Assembly (NCBI GenBank): GCA_951406725.2
Contig: OX597836.1
Location: 34,906,001-34,970,000, forward strand
Direction: 5' to 3'
DNA length: 64,000 bases
DNA from: Octopus vulgaris
Taxonomy: Eukaryota
Made by a program: the position numbers and the translations under genes. Below the pieces are notes generated by a model, which saw nothing but the letters and a program-made list of their open reading frames with translations, did no database searches and was not told where the DNA came from. Of the stretch, positions 1-13,220 are shown one piece after another. Position 1 is the stretch's first letter; each line of letters begins with the position of its first letter.

Positions 1-154
1 CAAGGTACTCTGTTTTATGTTGCAACTGGCCACTTCTAGTCTCTCACCTCAACCCTACACCATCATTCTAAAACTAAGCAATTACATCATTGAAATCTGT
101 AAGCTATAAGATAATGCACGATTAATTTAGAAACAATATTGTAGTTGTGATACT

Positions 155-685
155 TGTGCTGGTGGCACGTTGGGCCTCACAGAGGCAATGACGAAAGACT
201 GAGACCTCTGAGATATGCTGTGGCTTCGAAGACCCGACAAATGAAGTGAGTTCAAGGCTCACAGGATGGCCTAGGGTGACCCGCAGTGCTTGAGGAAACC
301 TATTGCGTCAAGTACATCAACATCAAAATAAAAATCAAATGGAAATTGTAGTTGTGATACCTGTGCCGGTGGCATGTAAAAAGCATCATTCGAACGTGGC
401 TGATGCCAGCGCCGCCTGACTGGCGTCTGTGTTGGTGACATGTAAAAAGCACCAACTGATCGTGGCCGTATGCCAGCCTCCTCTGGCCCCTGTGCTGGTG
501 GCACTTAAAAAGCACCCACTACACTTGCGGAGTGGTTGACGTTAGGAAGGGCATCCAGCTGTAGAAACACTGCCAGATCAGACTGGAGCCTGGCGCAGCC
601 TCCTGGCTTCCCAGAACCCGGTTGAACCATCCAGCCCATGCTAGCATGGAAAACTGACATTAAATGATGATGATGATGATGATGA
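155..685 (+). mobile_element. RTE-clade LINE 3' end / RTE-tailed repeat, the most abundant family here
   Basis: Internal 60-70 bp repeats (GGTGGCACGTAAAAAGCACC), a conserved GGCGTTAGGAAGGGCATCCAGC block and a (GAT)n tail. Other copies at about 1965-2362, 2597-2975, 8310-8968, 15170-15443 and 34800-35020 (+), and 19881-20340, 22197-22690, 25189-25812, 29972-30430, 32650-33040, 46103-46625 and 56779-57200 (-). Confidence 0.8.
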
Positions 686-696
686 TATATATATAA

Positions 697-930
697 AAGG
701 CGGCGAACTGGCAGAAACGTTAGCACACCGGGCGAAATGCGTAGCCGTATTTCGTCTGCCGTTACGTTCTGAGTTCAAATTCCGCCGAGGTCGACTTTGC
801 CTTTCATCCTTTCGGGGTCGATTAAACAAGTACCAGTTACGCACTGGGGTCGATATAACCGACTTAATCCGTTTGTCTGTCCTCGTTTGTCCCCTCTGTG
901 TTTAGCCCCTTGTGGGTAGTAAAGAAATAG
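697..930 (+). mobile_element. tRNA-derived SINE family A (AAGGCGGCGAGCTGGCAGAAACGTTAGCAC head)
   Basis: A box TGGCAGAAACGTTAG, B box GAGTTCAAATTCC, central GTCGACTTTGCCTTTCATCCTTTCGGGGTCG. Many copies, e.g. 3481, 3729, 4300-4686 (-), 22876, 23210, 31358, 43530, 45738, 54820. Confidence 0.8.
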
Positions 931-1332
931 ATTACATTCGACAGCATAAGCTGAATACGAAAAGGTTAAATGTGCTCTTCTGGGAAAGTTTCCCTTCAAA
1001 CATTCCTTAAACAATCTAAGTATATAACTCGAAAACCCCACAATTTTCCTACCCACTACTGAACAACAGTAGTACAAGCAAAGAATACTTCCTGCAGTTC
1101 TTGGAAGCAATCATCTGCTTACACATATACTCAAAGCTCTGGCTCACATGTATGATAGTCCCAAGTTCAGTCCCATTGCATGGCACCTGGGGCCAATGTC
1201 TTCTGTTCTAACCTTGGGCTGACCAAAGCTTTGCGAATGAATTTGGTAGATGGAAAATGAAAGAAATCCCTATTGTGTGTGTGATCGTCATCATCATGTA
1301 GCATCTGTTTTTCATACTGGCATGGGTTAGAT

Positions 1333-1530
1333 CAGGGGTGGGCAAACTACGGCCCGCCATAGGTTTTCATGCGGCCCGCCGAGAGCTTTTATGAATCCCG
1401 ACTTCTATGCAGATACTTCGTAACTGTACGGTAATTCACAATATTTTCACTTGATTTTTATAAATGAGGCCCGCCAAGATTCCAAAGACGCGCTGTGCGG
1501 CCCGCGATCAAAAAAGTTTGCCCACCCCTG
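1333..1530. mobile_element. hAT-type MITE
   Basis: TIRs CAGGGGTGGGCAAAC / GTTTGCCCACCCCTG and a perfect 8-bp TSD GGTTAGAT (1325-1332, 1531-1538). Confidence 0.92.
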
Positions 1531-1732
1531 GGTTAGATAGTTTCACTGGAACTGGTAATCTTTGCAACATTCTTCTGGCTTAGAATTCTGAGTTCATATT
1601 CTGCTTTGGTTGGTTTTATTTTTTCTTTTATTGTTTTGTGATTGATGAATAAGTACCAGTTGAACACTGGGGCTGGTGCAGTTTACTAACCTCTTCCTCC
1701 AAATTTATGACCTTCTGTCTATAGAAAAATGA

Positions 1733-1773
<41 letters not shown>

Positions 1774-2999
1774 GGCTGTAAGCTGGCAGAAATGTTAGCA
1801 CGTTATCAAGGACAATTTCCATTTCAATATCATTACCAAATCGTTTTGGCATTGTTGAAAACTGTTCCAGTTGTTGACAGTCTTTCGCAAAAAGCTTTAA
1901 ATCATCCCCGTAAAGGGGGGTGATTGATTTACTGTTTGTTCTGTATCCATTATTATTAAGATTGCCAGCATCGCCTGGCCCCGTGCCGGTGACACGTAAA
2001 AGCACCATCCGTTCGTGGCCGTTCGCCAGCTCTGTCTGGCCCCGTATCGGTGGCACGTAAAAGCACCATCCGTTCGTGTCCTTTGCCAGCATCGCCTGGC
2101 CCCGTGCCGGTGACACGTAAAAGCACCATCCGTTCGTGGCCGTTCGCCAGCTCTGTCTGGCACCTGTGCAGGTGGCATGTAAAAAACACCCACTACACTC
2201 GCGGAGTGGTTGGCGTTAGGAAGGGCATCCAGCCGTAGAAACACTACCAGATCTGACTGGGCCTGACGAAGCCTTCCAGCTTCACAGACCCCAGTTGACC
2301 CGTCCAACCCATGCTAGCATGGAAAACGGATGCTAAACGATGATGATGATGATGATGATGATGTAGTCTAGCTGGCCAACTCGTGAGAGCATCAGGCAAA
2401 ATTCTTCGCATTAGCTGTTGTGTCCTTTTACATTCTGAACTCAAATCCCTCCGAGGTCAACTTTGCCTTTCATCCTTCTTGGATCGTTAAGATGAAGTAC
2501 CAGTCAAAAACTGGTGTCAATGTAATTGACTTACCTCCTCCCCTAAAGATTGCTGGCCTTGTGCCAAAATTTAAAAGAATTATTATTATTATTATTGGCA
2601 TCTGTGCTAGTGGAGCGCTAAGAGTATCATACGAGCATGATCGTTACCTATGTCGCTTTACTGGCACTTGTGCTGGTGGCACATGAAAAAAACATTCGAG
2701 CGAGATCGTTGCCAGTGCCACTGGACTGGCTCATGTGCAGGTGGCACATAAAAGCACCATTTGAGCGTGGATACTGTCAGTACAGCCTAACTGCCCTCGT
2801 GCTGGTGGCATATAAAAGCAACCACTACACTGTCAGAGTGGTTGGCGTTAGGAAGGGCATCCAGCTGTAGAAGCTCTGCCAGATCAGATTGGAGTCTGGT
2901 GCAGCCATCTGGTTCGCCAGACCTCAGTCAAATTGTCCAACCCATGCTAGCATGGAAAGTGGATGTTAAACGATGATTATTATTATTACTATTATTATT

Positions 3000-3437
3000 G
3001 AGTGAGAGAGCAGTGCATGCCATCAAAGTGACACTGGGGTAAAATATACAAAGCCCAATATACCCATCATGACTACCCGTCTGATAAGGGTACACTAGGT
3101 ACATGCATCACAACCATATGTGCGCGACATGGTGATCTCATATCAAGATAAACAGCACATGACCTTGCAGGTGGGGCCCAGTTAGAATTTTCTTCAGGTC
3201 GAGTAACCCATCCCACTCGAAAGGTCCCTGAATAAGGGTTGTTTAAGGATGTTGAACGAAACACCCATGTTTCCAGAGGTGAACTATTCAAACCCCAAAG
3301 AATCCCTCTCAACACACGGCTATGATGCTCCCCCACTACTTCTGCTCATGATCAGAGATGCACATATCGTCAGCCACTAAGGGACATGCTCAACTGGTTA
3401 CGGTCAAACAACTGACAAGCAAATCTGTGGTATTGAG

Positions 3438-3440
<3 letters not shown>
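3000..3440. mobile_element. Interspersed repeat family D (GAGAGAGCAGTGCATGCCATCAAAGTGACACTGGGG...)
   Basis: Near-identical copies at about 7370-7950 (with an internal GCATGACCTTGAAGGT expansion) and 55640-55923; flanked by (ATT)n. Confidence 0.7.
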
Positions 3441-3482
<42 letters not shown>

Positions 3483-5407
3483 GGCGATGACCTGGCAGAA
3501 TCGGCATGCCGGACGAAATACTTAGCAGTATTTTGTCTGTCGTTACATTCTGGGTTCAAATTCCGCTGAGTTTGACTTTGCCTTTCATCCTTTTTGGGGT
3601 CAATAAAATAAGTACCAGTTGAACACTGGGGTCGATTTAATTGACATCCCCCTCCTCCCAAAATTGCTGTTCTTGTGGCAAAATTCGAAACCATCATCTT
3701 CATCAATATTATAATTATCATTATTTTTAAGGCAGCAAGCTGGCAGAAACGCTAGGATGCCAGGTGAAATGCTTAGCGGTATTTCATCCCTCTTTATGTT
3801 TTGAGTTCAAATTCCGCCAAGGTCATCTTTGCTTTTCCTCTTTTGAGGGTGATGAATTAAGTACCAGTTGCATACTGGGGTCGATGTAATCGACTAGCCC
3901 CCTTCCCCCAAATTTCAGGCCCTGTGCCTATTGTAGAGAGGATTATTATTACTCCCTTTGGAAATATACGAACAACATAAGGTCCTACATTACTTAACCT
4001 TACGACATGATGCCACAATCTGCTAGAAATAGCAACCAAATCTCTCTGAAATTACACCCTACATCTTAAAAAGTGGGAGATGGAGTGCATTTGAGTTTCC
4101 ATATTCAGGGCTGACCTGTGGTTAAACAACAAGAACACAAGGGTACAAGCCAGCTAGGGTGCTGCTATGCATTCATTCACTTTAGTAGAAATAGCAACCA
4201 AGTTTCCTTCAACATACCCACTGCCATTTTGGAAAAAAAAAAAAAAAAAAACCGCATTCGATATGTTTTAAAATGGGGAGGATGGTCACTGGTGGAATAC
4301 CTATTTCTTTACTGCCCACAAGGGGCTAAACACAGAGAGGACAAACAAGGACAGACAAAGGGATTAAGTTGATGTAATCGACTCCGAAAGGATGAAAGGC
4401 AAAGTCGACCTCGGCGGAATTTGAACTTAGAACGTAATGACAGACAAAATACCTATTTCTTTATTACCCACAAGGGGCTAAACACAGAGAGGACAAACAA
4501 GGACAGACAAACAGATTAAGTCGATTACATCAACCCCAGTGCGTAACTGGTACTTATTTAATCGACCCCGAAAGGATGAAAGGCAAAGTCGACCTCAGCG
4601 GAATTTGAACTCAGAACGTAAGGGCAGACGAAATACAGCTACGCATTTTGCCCGGCGTGCTAACAATTCTGCCTGCTCACCGCCTTAACCAGCTCGATCA
4701 TAGAGCTGCTTATGCAGATGAAGAATGACTCATTCGATGATGTAGTCCTAGATACATTATGTCAAAATAAAAATCATGCCTTGAGTATCTTTGATTACAG
4801 ATCTGCTTACCCTTGGTTGACTAGAGCTAAACAGCCTACATGAGGCCTTGTTCTTAGTTAACACAACCTGTTATTAATGACATTAAAGTGATCATAATCA
4901 TTATTATTAGCAGCAGTACCACCACCACCACCTCCACCATCATCATTATTATTCAGCTAATCCAGGTAGTGTTCTTCTAATATCAAACTTAAGAGCATTA
5001 GCAGGTTTAACCTATCTTTCTCTCGCTTATGTCTTTTTCTTTCTTTTTGTCTATATCTGTCTCTGACATTCTGTTATTCTTTCATTCAATAATTTTTTTT
5101 GTTCACTTATTCTCATCGTCATCGTCATCCTCTAACATCCATTTTCCATGCTGGCATAGATCGGACAGTAGTATTTCACCCATCATTATGTTCCAAGTTC
5201 AAATTCTGCCGAGGTCAACTTTGCCTTTCATCTTTTCGGGGTGGGGTCGATTAAATAAGTACCAGTTGAGTACAGGGATCGATACAATTGACCATTCCCC
5301 ACCCTGAAATCTCAGACTTTGTGCTCATAGTAGATAGAATTATCATCGTCATTATCGTCATTTATTATTATTCGTTTGACATTTTGTTTTTATTGATTTA
5401 TTTCCAG

Positions 5408-5538
5408 GATGGCTTGGTTAAAAGCAATATGGAAAAACTGTTATTTTATGCCCTCAGTACACCTGAAAAGTTGGACCGAATTGGAGAGTATCTGGCACAG
5501 CGTGTTAACAGAGATATTCATCGACATCGACGAATAGG
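5408..5538 (+). CDS. EFR3: EFR3 homologue, first internal coding exon in window (DGLVKSNMEKLLFYALSTPEKLDRIGEYLAQRVNRDIHRHRRIG)
   Basis: ttccAG acceptor and GG|GTAAGG donor. Translation matches the EFR3 N-terminal motif DGLVK..MEKL.FYA...PEKLDRIG.YL. Ends in phase 2. Confidence 0.95.
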
Positions 5539-5576
5539 GTAAGGGAAAAAAGTCTTGCATTTGGCTTGTTGAACCC

Positions 5577-6500
5577 CAGGTCTGCCTTAATGGTACAGGC
5601 CTATTATAATAGGTCTGCCTTAATGCTATGGACCTATTATAATAGGTCTGCCTTAATGGTATAGACCTATTGTAATAAGTCTGCCTTAATGGTATAGACC
5701 TATTACAATAGGTCTGCCTTAATGGTATAGACCTATTACAATAGGTCTGCCTTAATGGTATACACCTATTGTAATAGGTCTGCCTTAATGGTATACACCT
5801 ATTATAATAGGTTTGCCTTAATGGTATAGACCTATTGTAATAGGTCTGCCTTAATGGTATAGACGTATTATAATAGGTCTGCCTTAATGGTATATACCTA
5901 TTGTAATAGGTCTGCCTTAATGGTATATACCTATTATAATAGGTCTGCCTTAATGGTATATACCTATTATAATAGGTCTGCCTTAATGGTATATACCTAT
6001 TATAATAGGTCTGCCTTAATGGTATATACCTATTATAATAGGTCTGCCTTAATGGTATATACCTATTATAATAGGTCTGCCTTAATGGTATAGAACTTTT
6101 ATAATAAGTCTGCCTTAATGGTATACACCTATTATAATAAGTCTGCCTTAATGGTATAGACATATTATAATAGGTCTGCCTTAATGGTATACACCTATTG
6201 TAATAGGTCTGCCTTAATGGTATAGAACTTTTATAATAAGTCTGCCTTAATGGTATACACCTATTATAATAAGTCTGCCTTAATGGTATACACCTATTAT
6301 AATAAGTCTGCCTTAATGGTATACACCTATTGTAATAGGTCTGCCTTAATGGTATACACCTATTGTAATAGGTCTGCCTTAATGGTATAGACCTATTGTA
6401 ATAGGTCTGCCTTAATGGTATACACCTATTGTAATAGGTTTGCCTTAATGGTATAGACGTATTATAATAGGTCTGCCTTAATGGTATAGACCTATTATAA
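5577..6500. repeat. 33-bp minisatellite, about 28 copies, with a palindromic core
   Basis: Unit AATAGGTCTGCCTTAATGGTATAGACCTATTAT; 11-aa periodicity in the ORF track. Confidence 0.95.
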
Positions 6501-6627
6501 GAACTTCCAGGTATGACAGTATCAACTTTTTTTTGTATTTTAAGACTATTGATGAATATTTTTTTTACTTTTGTTGATTAATTACTGCTTTCTTTAATTC
6601 TGTTTTTTTTTTTATATATATTTTCAG

Positions 6628-6778
6628 ATTTGTCTTCCTTGCAATGGATGCCTTAGACCAGCTTCTAGTGGCCTGCCATGCTCAAGCCATTAATTTATTT
6701 GTGGAGAGCTATCTTAAGATGGTGCAGAAGTTGCTCGAGTACGACAACGTGGACCTGCAGATTCTTGCCACATCTTCA
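6628..6778 (+). CDS. EFR3: EFR3 exon (FVFLAMDALDQLLVACHAQAINLFVESYLKMVQKLLEYDNVDLQILATSS)
   Basis: tttcAG / GTAAGT; phase 2 to 0; EFR3 motif AM.ALDQLL.ACH.Q.I..FVES.L.MV.KLLE. Confidence 0.95.
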
Positions 6779-9484
6779 GTAAGTGTAGCTCAAATTATTC
6801 CAAGACGGGTTTCAGCTGCAGCAGCTTGGTAAGATGCTGGCTTCCCAAACACATAATTTCGGTTTCAGTCCCATTGCATGGCATCTTGGGCAAATGTTTT
6901 CTACACCAGCTCTGGGCCATGTGAGTAGACGTGGGGAAACTGAAACTGAAAGAAGCTCATTTGCATATGTATATACTCTTTTACTTGTTTCAGTCATTTG
7001 ACTGCAGCCATGCTGGAGCACTGCCTTTAGTCGAGCAAATTGACCCCCGGGACTTATTCTTTTTGTAAGCCCAGTACTTATTCTATCGGTCTCTTTTGTC
7101 GAACCGCTAAGTGACGGGGACATAAGCACACCAGCATCGGTTGTCAAGCAATGCTAGGGGGACAGACACACATACACGCACACACATATATATATTTACA
7201 TATATACGACAGGCTTCTTTCAGTTTCCGTCTACCAAATCCACTCACAAGGCATTGGTTGGCCCGGGGCTATAGCAGAAGACGCCACACAGTGGGACTGA
7301 ACCCGGAACCATGTGGTTGGTTAGCAAGCTACTTACCACACAGCCACTCCTGCGCTTATATATTATTATTGTGTGAGAGAGCAGTGCATGTCATCACAGT
7401 AACACTAGGGTACAAATATACGAGGTCCAGTATACCCATCGTGACCTACCTGTCTGATAAGGGTACACCAGGTACATGAATCACAACCATATGTGCGCAA
7501 TATGATGACCTTGTATCAAGATAAATTGTGCATGACCTTGAAGGTACATGAGATTGAATGTGCATGGCCTTGAAGGTGCATGACCTTGAATGTGCATGGC
7601 CTTGAAGGTGCATGACCTTGAATGTGCATGGCCTTGAAGGTACATGACCTTGAAGGTACATGACCTTGCAGGTGCATGACCTTGAAGGTGCATGACTTTG
7701 CAGTTAGAATTTTCTTCAGGTCAAGTAGCCCATCTTGCTCGAAAGGTCTCCCTAAGGACGATGACCGAAACACCCATGTTTCCGGAGGTGAATTATCCAA
7801 ACCCCAAAGAATTCCTCCCAACACATGGCTATGATGCTCCTCCACTTCTCCTGTTCACGGTCAGAGATGCACATATTGTCTGCCACTAAGGGACATGCTC
7901 AACTGGTTATGGTCAAACATCTGACGAGCAACTCTGTGGTACTGGGCATTGCTGTTGTTATTCTTTTAGGCAGAGTAATAGTAGTAACCTGTTGTTAGAA
8001 CTTATTCTATGAATGCTTCAGAGAAAAGCATTACTTGAGTATAGAGCGTAATATGAGATTATATATACATCCATCATATATATATATATATATATATGTA
8101 TGTATAAGGATGAAAAGGAACACATGAGTTGATATATATGAAAAATCAAGTCAGGATAGAAAATGCTAAAATAATTTTATAAAGAACATTTCAGTACTGG
8201 TTTCGGTCATTTTGAGACCTTTTCAACTGTAACAATTAAATAATTAAATTTAGAAAAATTAAAAGAAAAGTTTTTTTAAAAGAATATATGTATAGTGTTC
8301 AAATATAAGTGGCATTTCCTGTGTCGGTGGCACATAAAAACACCATCCGAAGACCCGGCAAGACTAGTCAGGCCATAACCCGTGGCCCCTACCTGGGACG
8401 TAGTCAGTCCACCTGTGCATACCTTCCTTCTTGTGACACTTGTGAAGACCTGTTGAGGCAAGTGAAAATCAAATCAAATCAAAACAAATCAAAATAGATG
8501 AACATCAATGGAATTTGTATCTTTGTGGTACCAGTGCCGGTGGCACACAAGAAAATCATCCGAACGTGGCCGTAGCCAGTACCACATAGACTGGCCCCTG
8601 TGCTTTGGGGACGTAACAAACACCATCCGATCGTGGCCGTCCGCCAGCCTCATCTGGCACCTGTGTCGGTGGCACATAAAAACACCATCCGAGCGTGGCC
8701 GTCTGCCAGCCTCGTCTGGCACCTGTGTCGGTGGCACATAAAAACACCATCCGAGCGTGGCCGTTCGCCAGCCTCGTCTGGCACCTGTGTCGGTGGCACA
8801 TAAAATCACCCACTACACTCTCGGAGTGGTTGGCGTTAGGAAGGGCATCCAGCTGTAGAAACACTGCCAGATCTGACTGGCCTGGTGCAGCCTTCGGGCT
8901 CCCCAGACCCCAGTTGAACCGTCCAACCCATGCTAGCATGGAAAACGGACGCTAAATGATGATGATGATTTTCCTTGTTTCAACCATTCTCTGTCTCTAA
9001 CGACCTCAAACCCACAAGAGTAAACAAGAGAGACAGAGAAAGGCACCTATATACATAGGTGCAAGTATGGCCGTGTGGTAAGAAGTCTACTTCCCAACCA
9101 TATGGTTCCAGGTTCAGTCCCACTCAGTGGCACTTTGGGCAAGTGTTTTGGATTGATCAAAGCCAAGTGAGTGGATTTGGTAGATGGAAACTGAAGGAAG
9201 CCCGTTATATATATATACATCTGTGTGTGTGTGTGTGTGTGTGTGTCTTTGTGTATGTGCTTGTCCCCACCACCATTTGACAACCGGTGTTTGTTTGTTT
9301 ATGTCCCTGTAAGTTAGCAATATGATAAGTACTAGGGTTGACAAGGTGGTGCTCCAGCATTGACTGTAGTCTAATGACTGAAACGAGACAAAAAAAAAGT
9401 GTGTATGTGTGTGTGTTTCTTGTTTTGACATCACGTGGTAATTGTAAAATGGCATCTGATTATTTTTCTTTCTCTTTTTACCAG

Positions 9485-9606
9485 TTTGTAAAATTTACCA
9501 ACATAGAGGAAGATACACCATCATACCATCGTCGTTACGATTTCTTTGTGTCGCGCTTTAGTGCCATGTGTCATTGTGATGAAGTTTCCGAAAGTGACCG
9601 ACTCAA
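9485..9606 (+). CDS. EFR3: EFR3 exon (FVKFTNIEEDTPSYHRRYDFFVSRFSAMCHCDEVSESDRLK)
   Basis: ccAG / GTATGT; contains the highly conserved EFR3 signature NIEEDTPSYHRRYDFFVSRFSAMCH; phase 0 to 2. Confidence 0.97.
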
Positions 9607-9701
9607 GTATGTGTTGCGTTGCAAAAACGCGAGAAATGGATCTCTTTTTACAATCTGTGAATTTTCTGTTTTACCTTCACCTGTACTTTGTGCTGTTTCA
9701 G

Positions 9702-9744
<43 letters not shown>

Positions 9745-9749
<5 letters not shown>

Positions 9750-10700
9750 GCAGTATCGCCCGGCGTTGCTCGGGTTTGTAAGGGAAATAACTATAAAGCA
9801 TTTTTAGAGAGTTATAGCCAAAAAATAGCAAAAAAATGGGGAAAAAAATTATGGTAAATTTTTTTTTTGATAGTTAAAAAGGTCGAGTTGCGTCCCCTAG
9901 ACCATCTGTGGTTTGTGTTTCTAATTGTCGACCCCATGTCGAATTTATCGATCTTTTTCAGAACTGGGGGAACTTTTCAAAATTTTCGCTGCGTTAGTTT
10001 TGAATTATGACATTGGGCTATGTGTGTGTCAAGTTTCATCAGAATCGGTTGAAAGCCGTGGTCAGAGTGAGGGTACAATCGCCCGGCGTTGCTCGGGTTT
10101 GTAAGGGAAATAACTATAAAGCATTTTTAGAGAGTTATAGCCAAAAAATAGCAAAAAAATGGGGAAAAAAATGATGGTAAATTTTTTTTTGATAGTTAAA
10201 AAGGTCGAGTTGCGTCCCCTAGACCATCTGTGGTTTGTGTTTATGATTGTCGACCCCCATGTCGAATTTATCGATCTTTTTCAGAACTGGGGGAACTTTT
10301 CAAAATTTTCGCTGCATTAGTTTTGAATTATGACATTGGGCTATGTGTGTGTCAAGTTTCATCAGAATCGGTTGAAAGCCGTGGCCAAAAAATAGCAAAA
10401 AAATGGGGGAAAAAATTATGGTAAAGTTTTTTTTGATAGTTAAAAAGGTCGAGTTGCGTCCCCTAGACCATCTGTGGTTTGTGTTTCTGATTGTCGACCC
10501 CATGTCGAATTTATCGATCTTTTTCAGACCTGGGGGAACTTTTCAAAATTTTCGCTGCGTTAGTTTTGAATTATGACATTGGGCTATGTGTGTGTCAAGT
10601 TTCATCAGAATTGGTTGAAAGCCGTGGTCAGAGTGAGGGTACAACCAAACAGACACACAGAAACACACACAGACAAACTGCCGTTTATATAGAGAGAGAT
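9745..10700 (-). mobile_element. Helitron-family element with internal tandem triplication; a related single copy lies at about 38880-39264 (+)
   Basis: Same CCCGAGCAACGCCGGGCGATACTGCTA 3' end; three internal repeats of the CCCCTAGACCATCTG...GAAAGCCGTGG block. Confidence 0.75.
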
Positions 10701-10857
10701 TATATTAAATTAGAGATAAAACCACTATTAGGCAAATCAAACAGTGAAAATCATAAGCCAATACATAGAAATAAAATTAATTAAAAAATATAAAATATAA
10801 AAGTCCAATTAAAATATTTAAATTAAAGTTAAAATTTTAAAAAATTATTTAAATTAT

Positions 10858-10997
10858 TAGGTTATCCCAAAAGTTCGTAAACACTTGCGAAAATCGAATT
10901 TTTACTTGCCAAGTACTAACAAAAACAACAAAAATTATTCCTCAAAATAAAGACCATTATTTTCCAAGACTTTCTACGAACTTTTGGGACAACCTTA
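10858..10997. mobile_element. Short Tc1/mariner-like MITE
   Basis: Inverted termini AGGTTATCCCAAAAGTTCGTA / TACGAACTTTTGGGACAACCT in a TA context. Confidence 0.6.
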
Positions 10998-11373
10998 TAA
11001 TAAATTAAACTTATAAATTTTAAATATATATATATATATTAATTATTATTTTATTTTTATTTTTTTATTTTTATTTTTTATTTTTATTTTTTTAATTTTA
11101 AACTATCAAAAAGTATTAAAAGTTTAATACAAGATAAAAAGTAAAATACAAATAAGAAAATGGAGAAACAGTTTAGTTGGCTCATCAGCTTTCGGATATT
11201 AGAATGTTGACCTATTTATTTATTTATTTATTTAACAAAAATGAGAACCTTAATAACTTTCATATATACATTATAATTCAATACATATAAAATAAGAATA
11301 CAATTATAAAAATCTTCATATAAATTAAAGAAATCATTAAAATCACTTACAGCTGTTTCAGCCTGTGGAAAAG

Positions 11374-11429
<56 letters not shown>

Positions 11430-11764
11430 GAGGGTACTATTATTCATAGGTACCGCACGCTAGGAGGGACTTTTACAGTCAAAACTACTAAAATAAACAA
11501 ATTATACCGAATGCAAAACTTCAAAGCAAGTAATTTAAAAACAGAATTTAGTTACATATTAGTTACAGAATTTAGTTACATATTAGTTACATTCTATGCT
11601 CTTCAGTGCAACGAACTCAAGACATGTAAGAAAAAACACATCACATACCCGACAACCAACCGTAGAATTCGCCGCAACATGTACGAATGTTTATCTTTAC
11701 ATATCTATGAAAATGGCGGGCTTTTTTGCAATGCATTTCGGTAACAACTTGCCTACTCAGAAGA

Positions 11765-11798
<34 letters not shown>

Positions 11799-12000
11799 CA
11801 CACACACACACACACATACATCCATACATACAGTGTATATACATAAATATATATCATCATCATACGTCCATTTTCCATGCTGGAATAAGTTGGACGGTTT
11901 GACAGAAACTGACCAGCTGAATGGCAGTTCAGGCTTCGTCTGTTCAGGTGTGGTTTCTATGGCTGGATGCCCTTCATAATGCCACACACACACAAACATA

Positions 12001-12032
<32 letters not shown>

Positions 12033-12425
12033 TATGTATAGGTACCACTTTAGCATACAGTCTACCTGACCATTTACACTTTAGTACGGTCAGGTCATCT
12101 CACAGCGTCGACTATAGATGCTGCAGTAGACCACACACTGAAATAGTGCCCTCATCATCACGATGACGATGATGATGATGATATGTACACTTCATTATCA
12201 AAGCTGCAAAGACATCACAAAAAAAAACTGCAACTCAGAGTTTTACATTTCCGTTCGTTGGACATCTATGATTCTGAATCACAAATGTCTGACGTATGGG
12301 AACGTGAAACTCAGAGTAGCATATTTTTTTGTGATATTTTAGCAGCTTTAATAATAAAGCATATTACTCTACCTCTGGTATTCGAGTACTATTTCTTCCC
12401 ACCTTGTTTCACATTTATGTCCTTA

Positions 12426-12464
<39 letters not shown>

Positions 12465-12672
12465 TAAATTAGAGACAAAACCACTATTATGCAAATCAAA
12501 CAAAGAAAGACTTAAGCCAATATATAAAATAATTTATATAAATTAGATTTAATTAAATTTGCATAATAGTGGTTTTGTCTCTAATTTAATATAATATAAT
12601 ATTTTACTATAAAATTGGATTCAATCCTAAATCTGATTTTTCCCTGTAAATTTGGATTTATTCCCTAATATT

Positions 12673-12713
<41 letters not shown>

Positions 12714-12804
12714 TAAATATAAGGGTAGCGAAAATTCCAGAAAAAAATCTCCGCTACCAGCGGTCCAGCGAGAAAGAAAAGATAGTCAAAGACTATATAA
12801 TATA

Positions 12805-13220
12805 CATTCAAAAATATAAGGAATGGCCATAATAGAACATTCGACTCACTAGAAAGAGCAGCCAAACTCAAACCGCTTATAGTTGTAATTCTGAAATTGA
12901 AAGAGAAATAAAAACGTTTACCCCTTTCATCTATGGACTATGCATAGTTTCGGCAAACTTTGGTAAACAAATTAATTAAATTAAATTAAATTTATTTACA
13001 ACTGGCATGCCTCGTCAGCAGAGAAACCAAGGATGAGTATATATCCACGAGGCGATGGTAAGGAAGCCTCCAGTCTATATGCTTTAAATTTTCAAAATCT
13101 ACAGCAACGTTTTTATTTCTCTTTCAATTTCAGAATTACAACTATTAGCGGTTTGAGTTTGGCTGCTCTTTCTAGTGAGTCGAATGTCCTATTATGGCCA
13201 TTCCTTATATTTTTGAATTG
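12805..13220. mobile_element. Penelope-like remnant: about 115-bp inverted arms (about 12805-12918 and 13106-13220) enclosing the hammerhead
   Basis: The arms are near-perfect reverse complements and sit among (TA)n tracts. Family assignment is inferred from architecture. Confidence 0.55.
12930..13024 (-). ncRNA. Type I hammerhead ribozyme motif (Penelope-like/retrozyme type)
   Basis: Minus strand reads stem I UCUCUG, CUGACGA, stem II GGCA...UGCC with an AT-rich extension, GAAA, palindromic stem III ACUAUGCAUAGU, GUC cleavage triplet, then stem I' CAUAGA (1 mismatch). All core nucleotides are intact. Confidence 0.75.

Noticed and set aside
1-5407. Search for the EFR3 start and Cys-rich palmitoylated N-terminus (CGCC..LRPRYKRLVD)
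   Set aside because: Not found by eye; this region is intronic repeats, so the first exons lie upstream of the window
5441-6163. 240-aa IPLRQTYYNR repeat ORF and CRISPR-like appearance of palindromic 33-bp repeats
   Set aside because: Head-to-tail minisatellite with no unique spacers and no cas genes, in a eukaryotic intron
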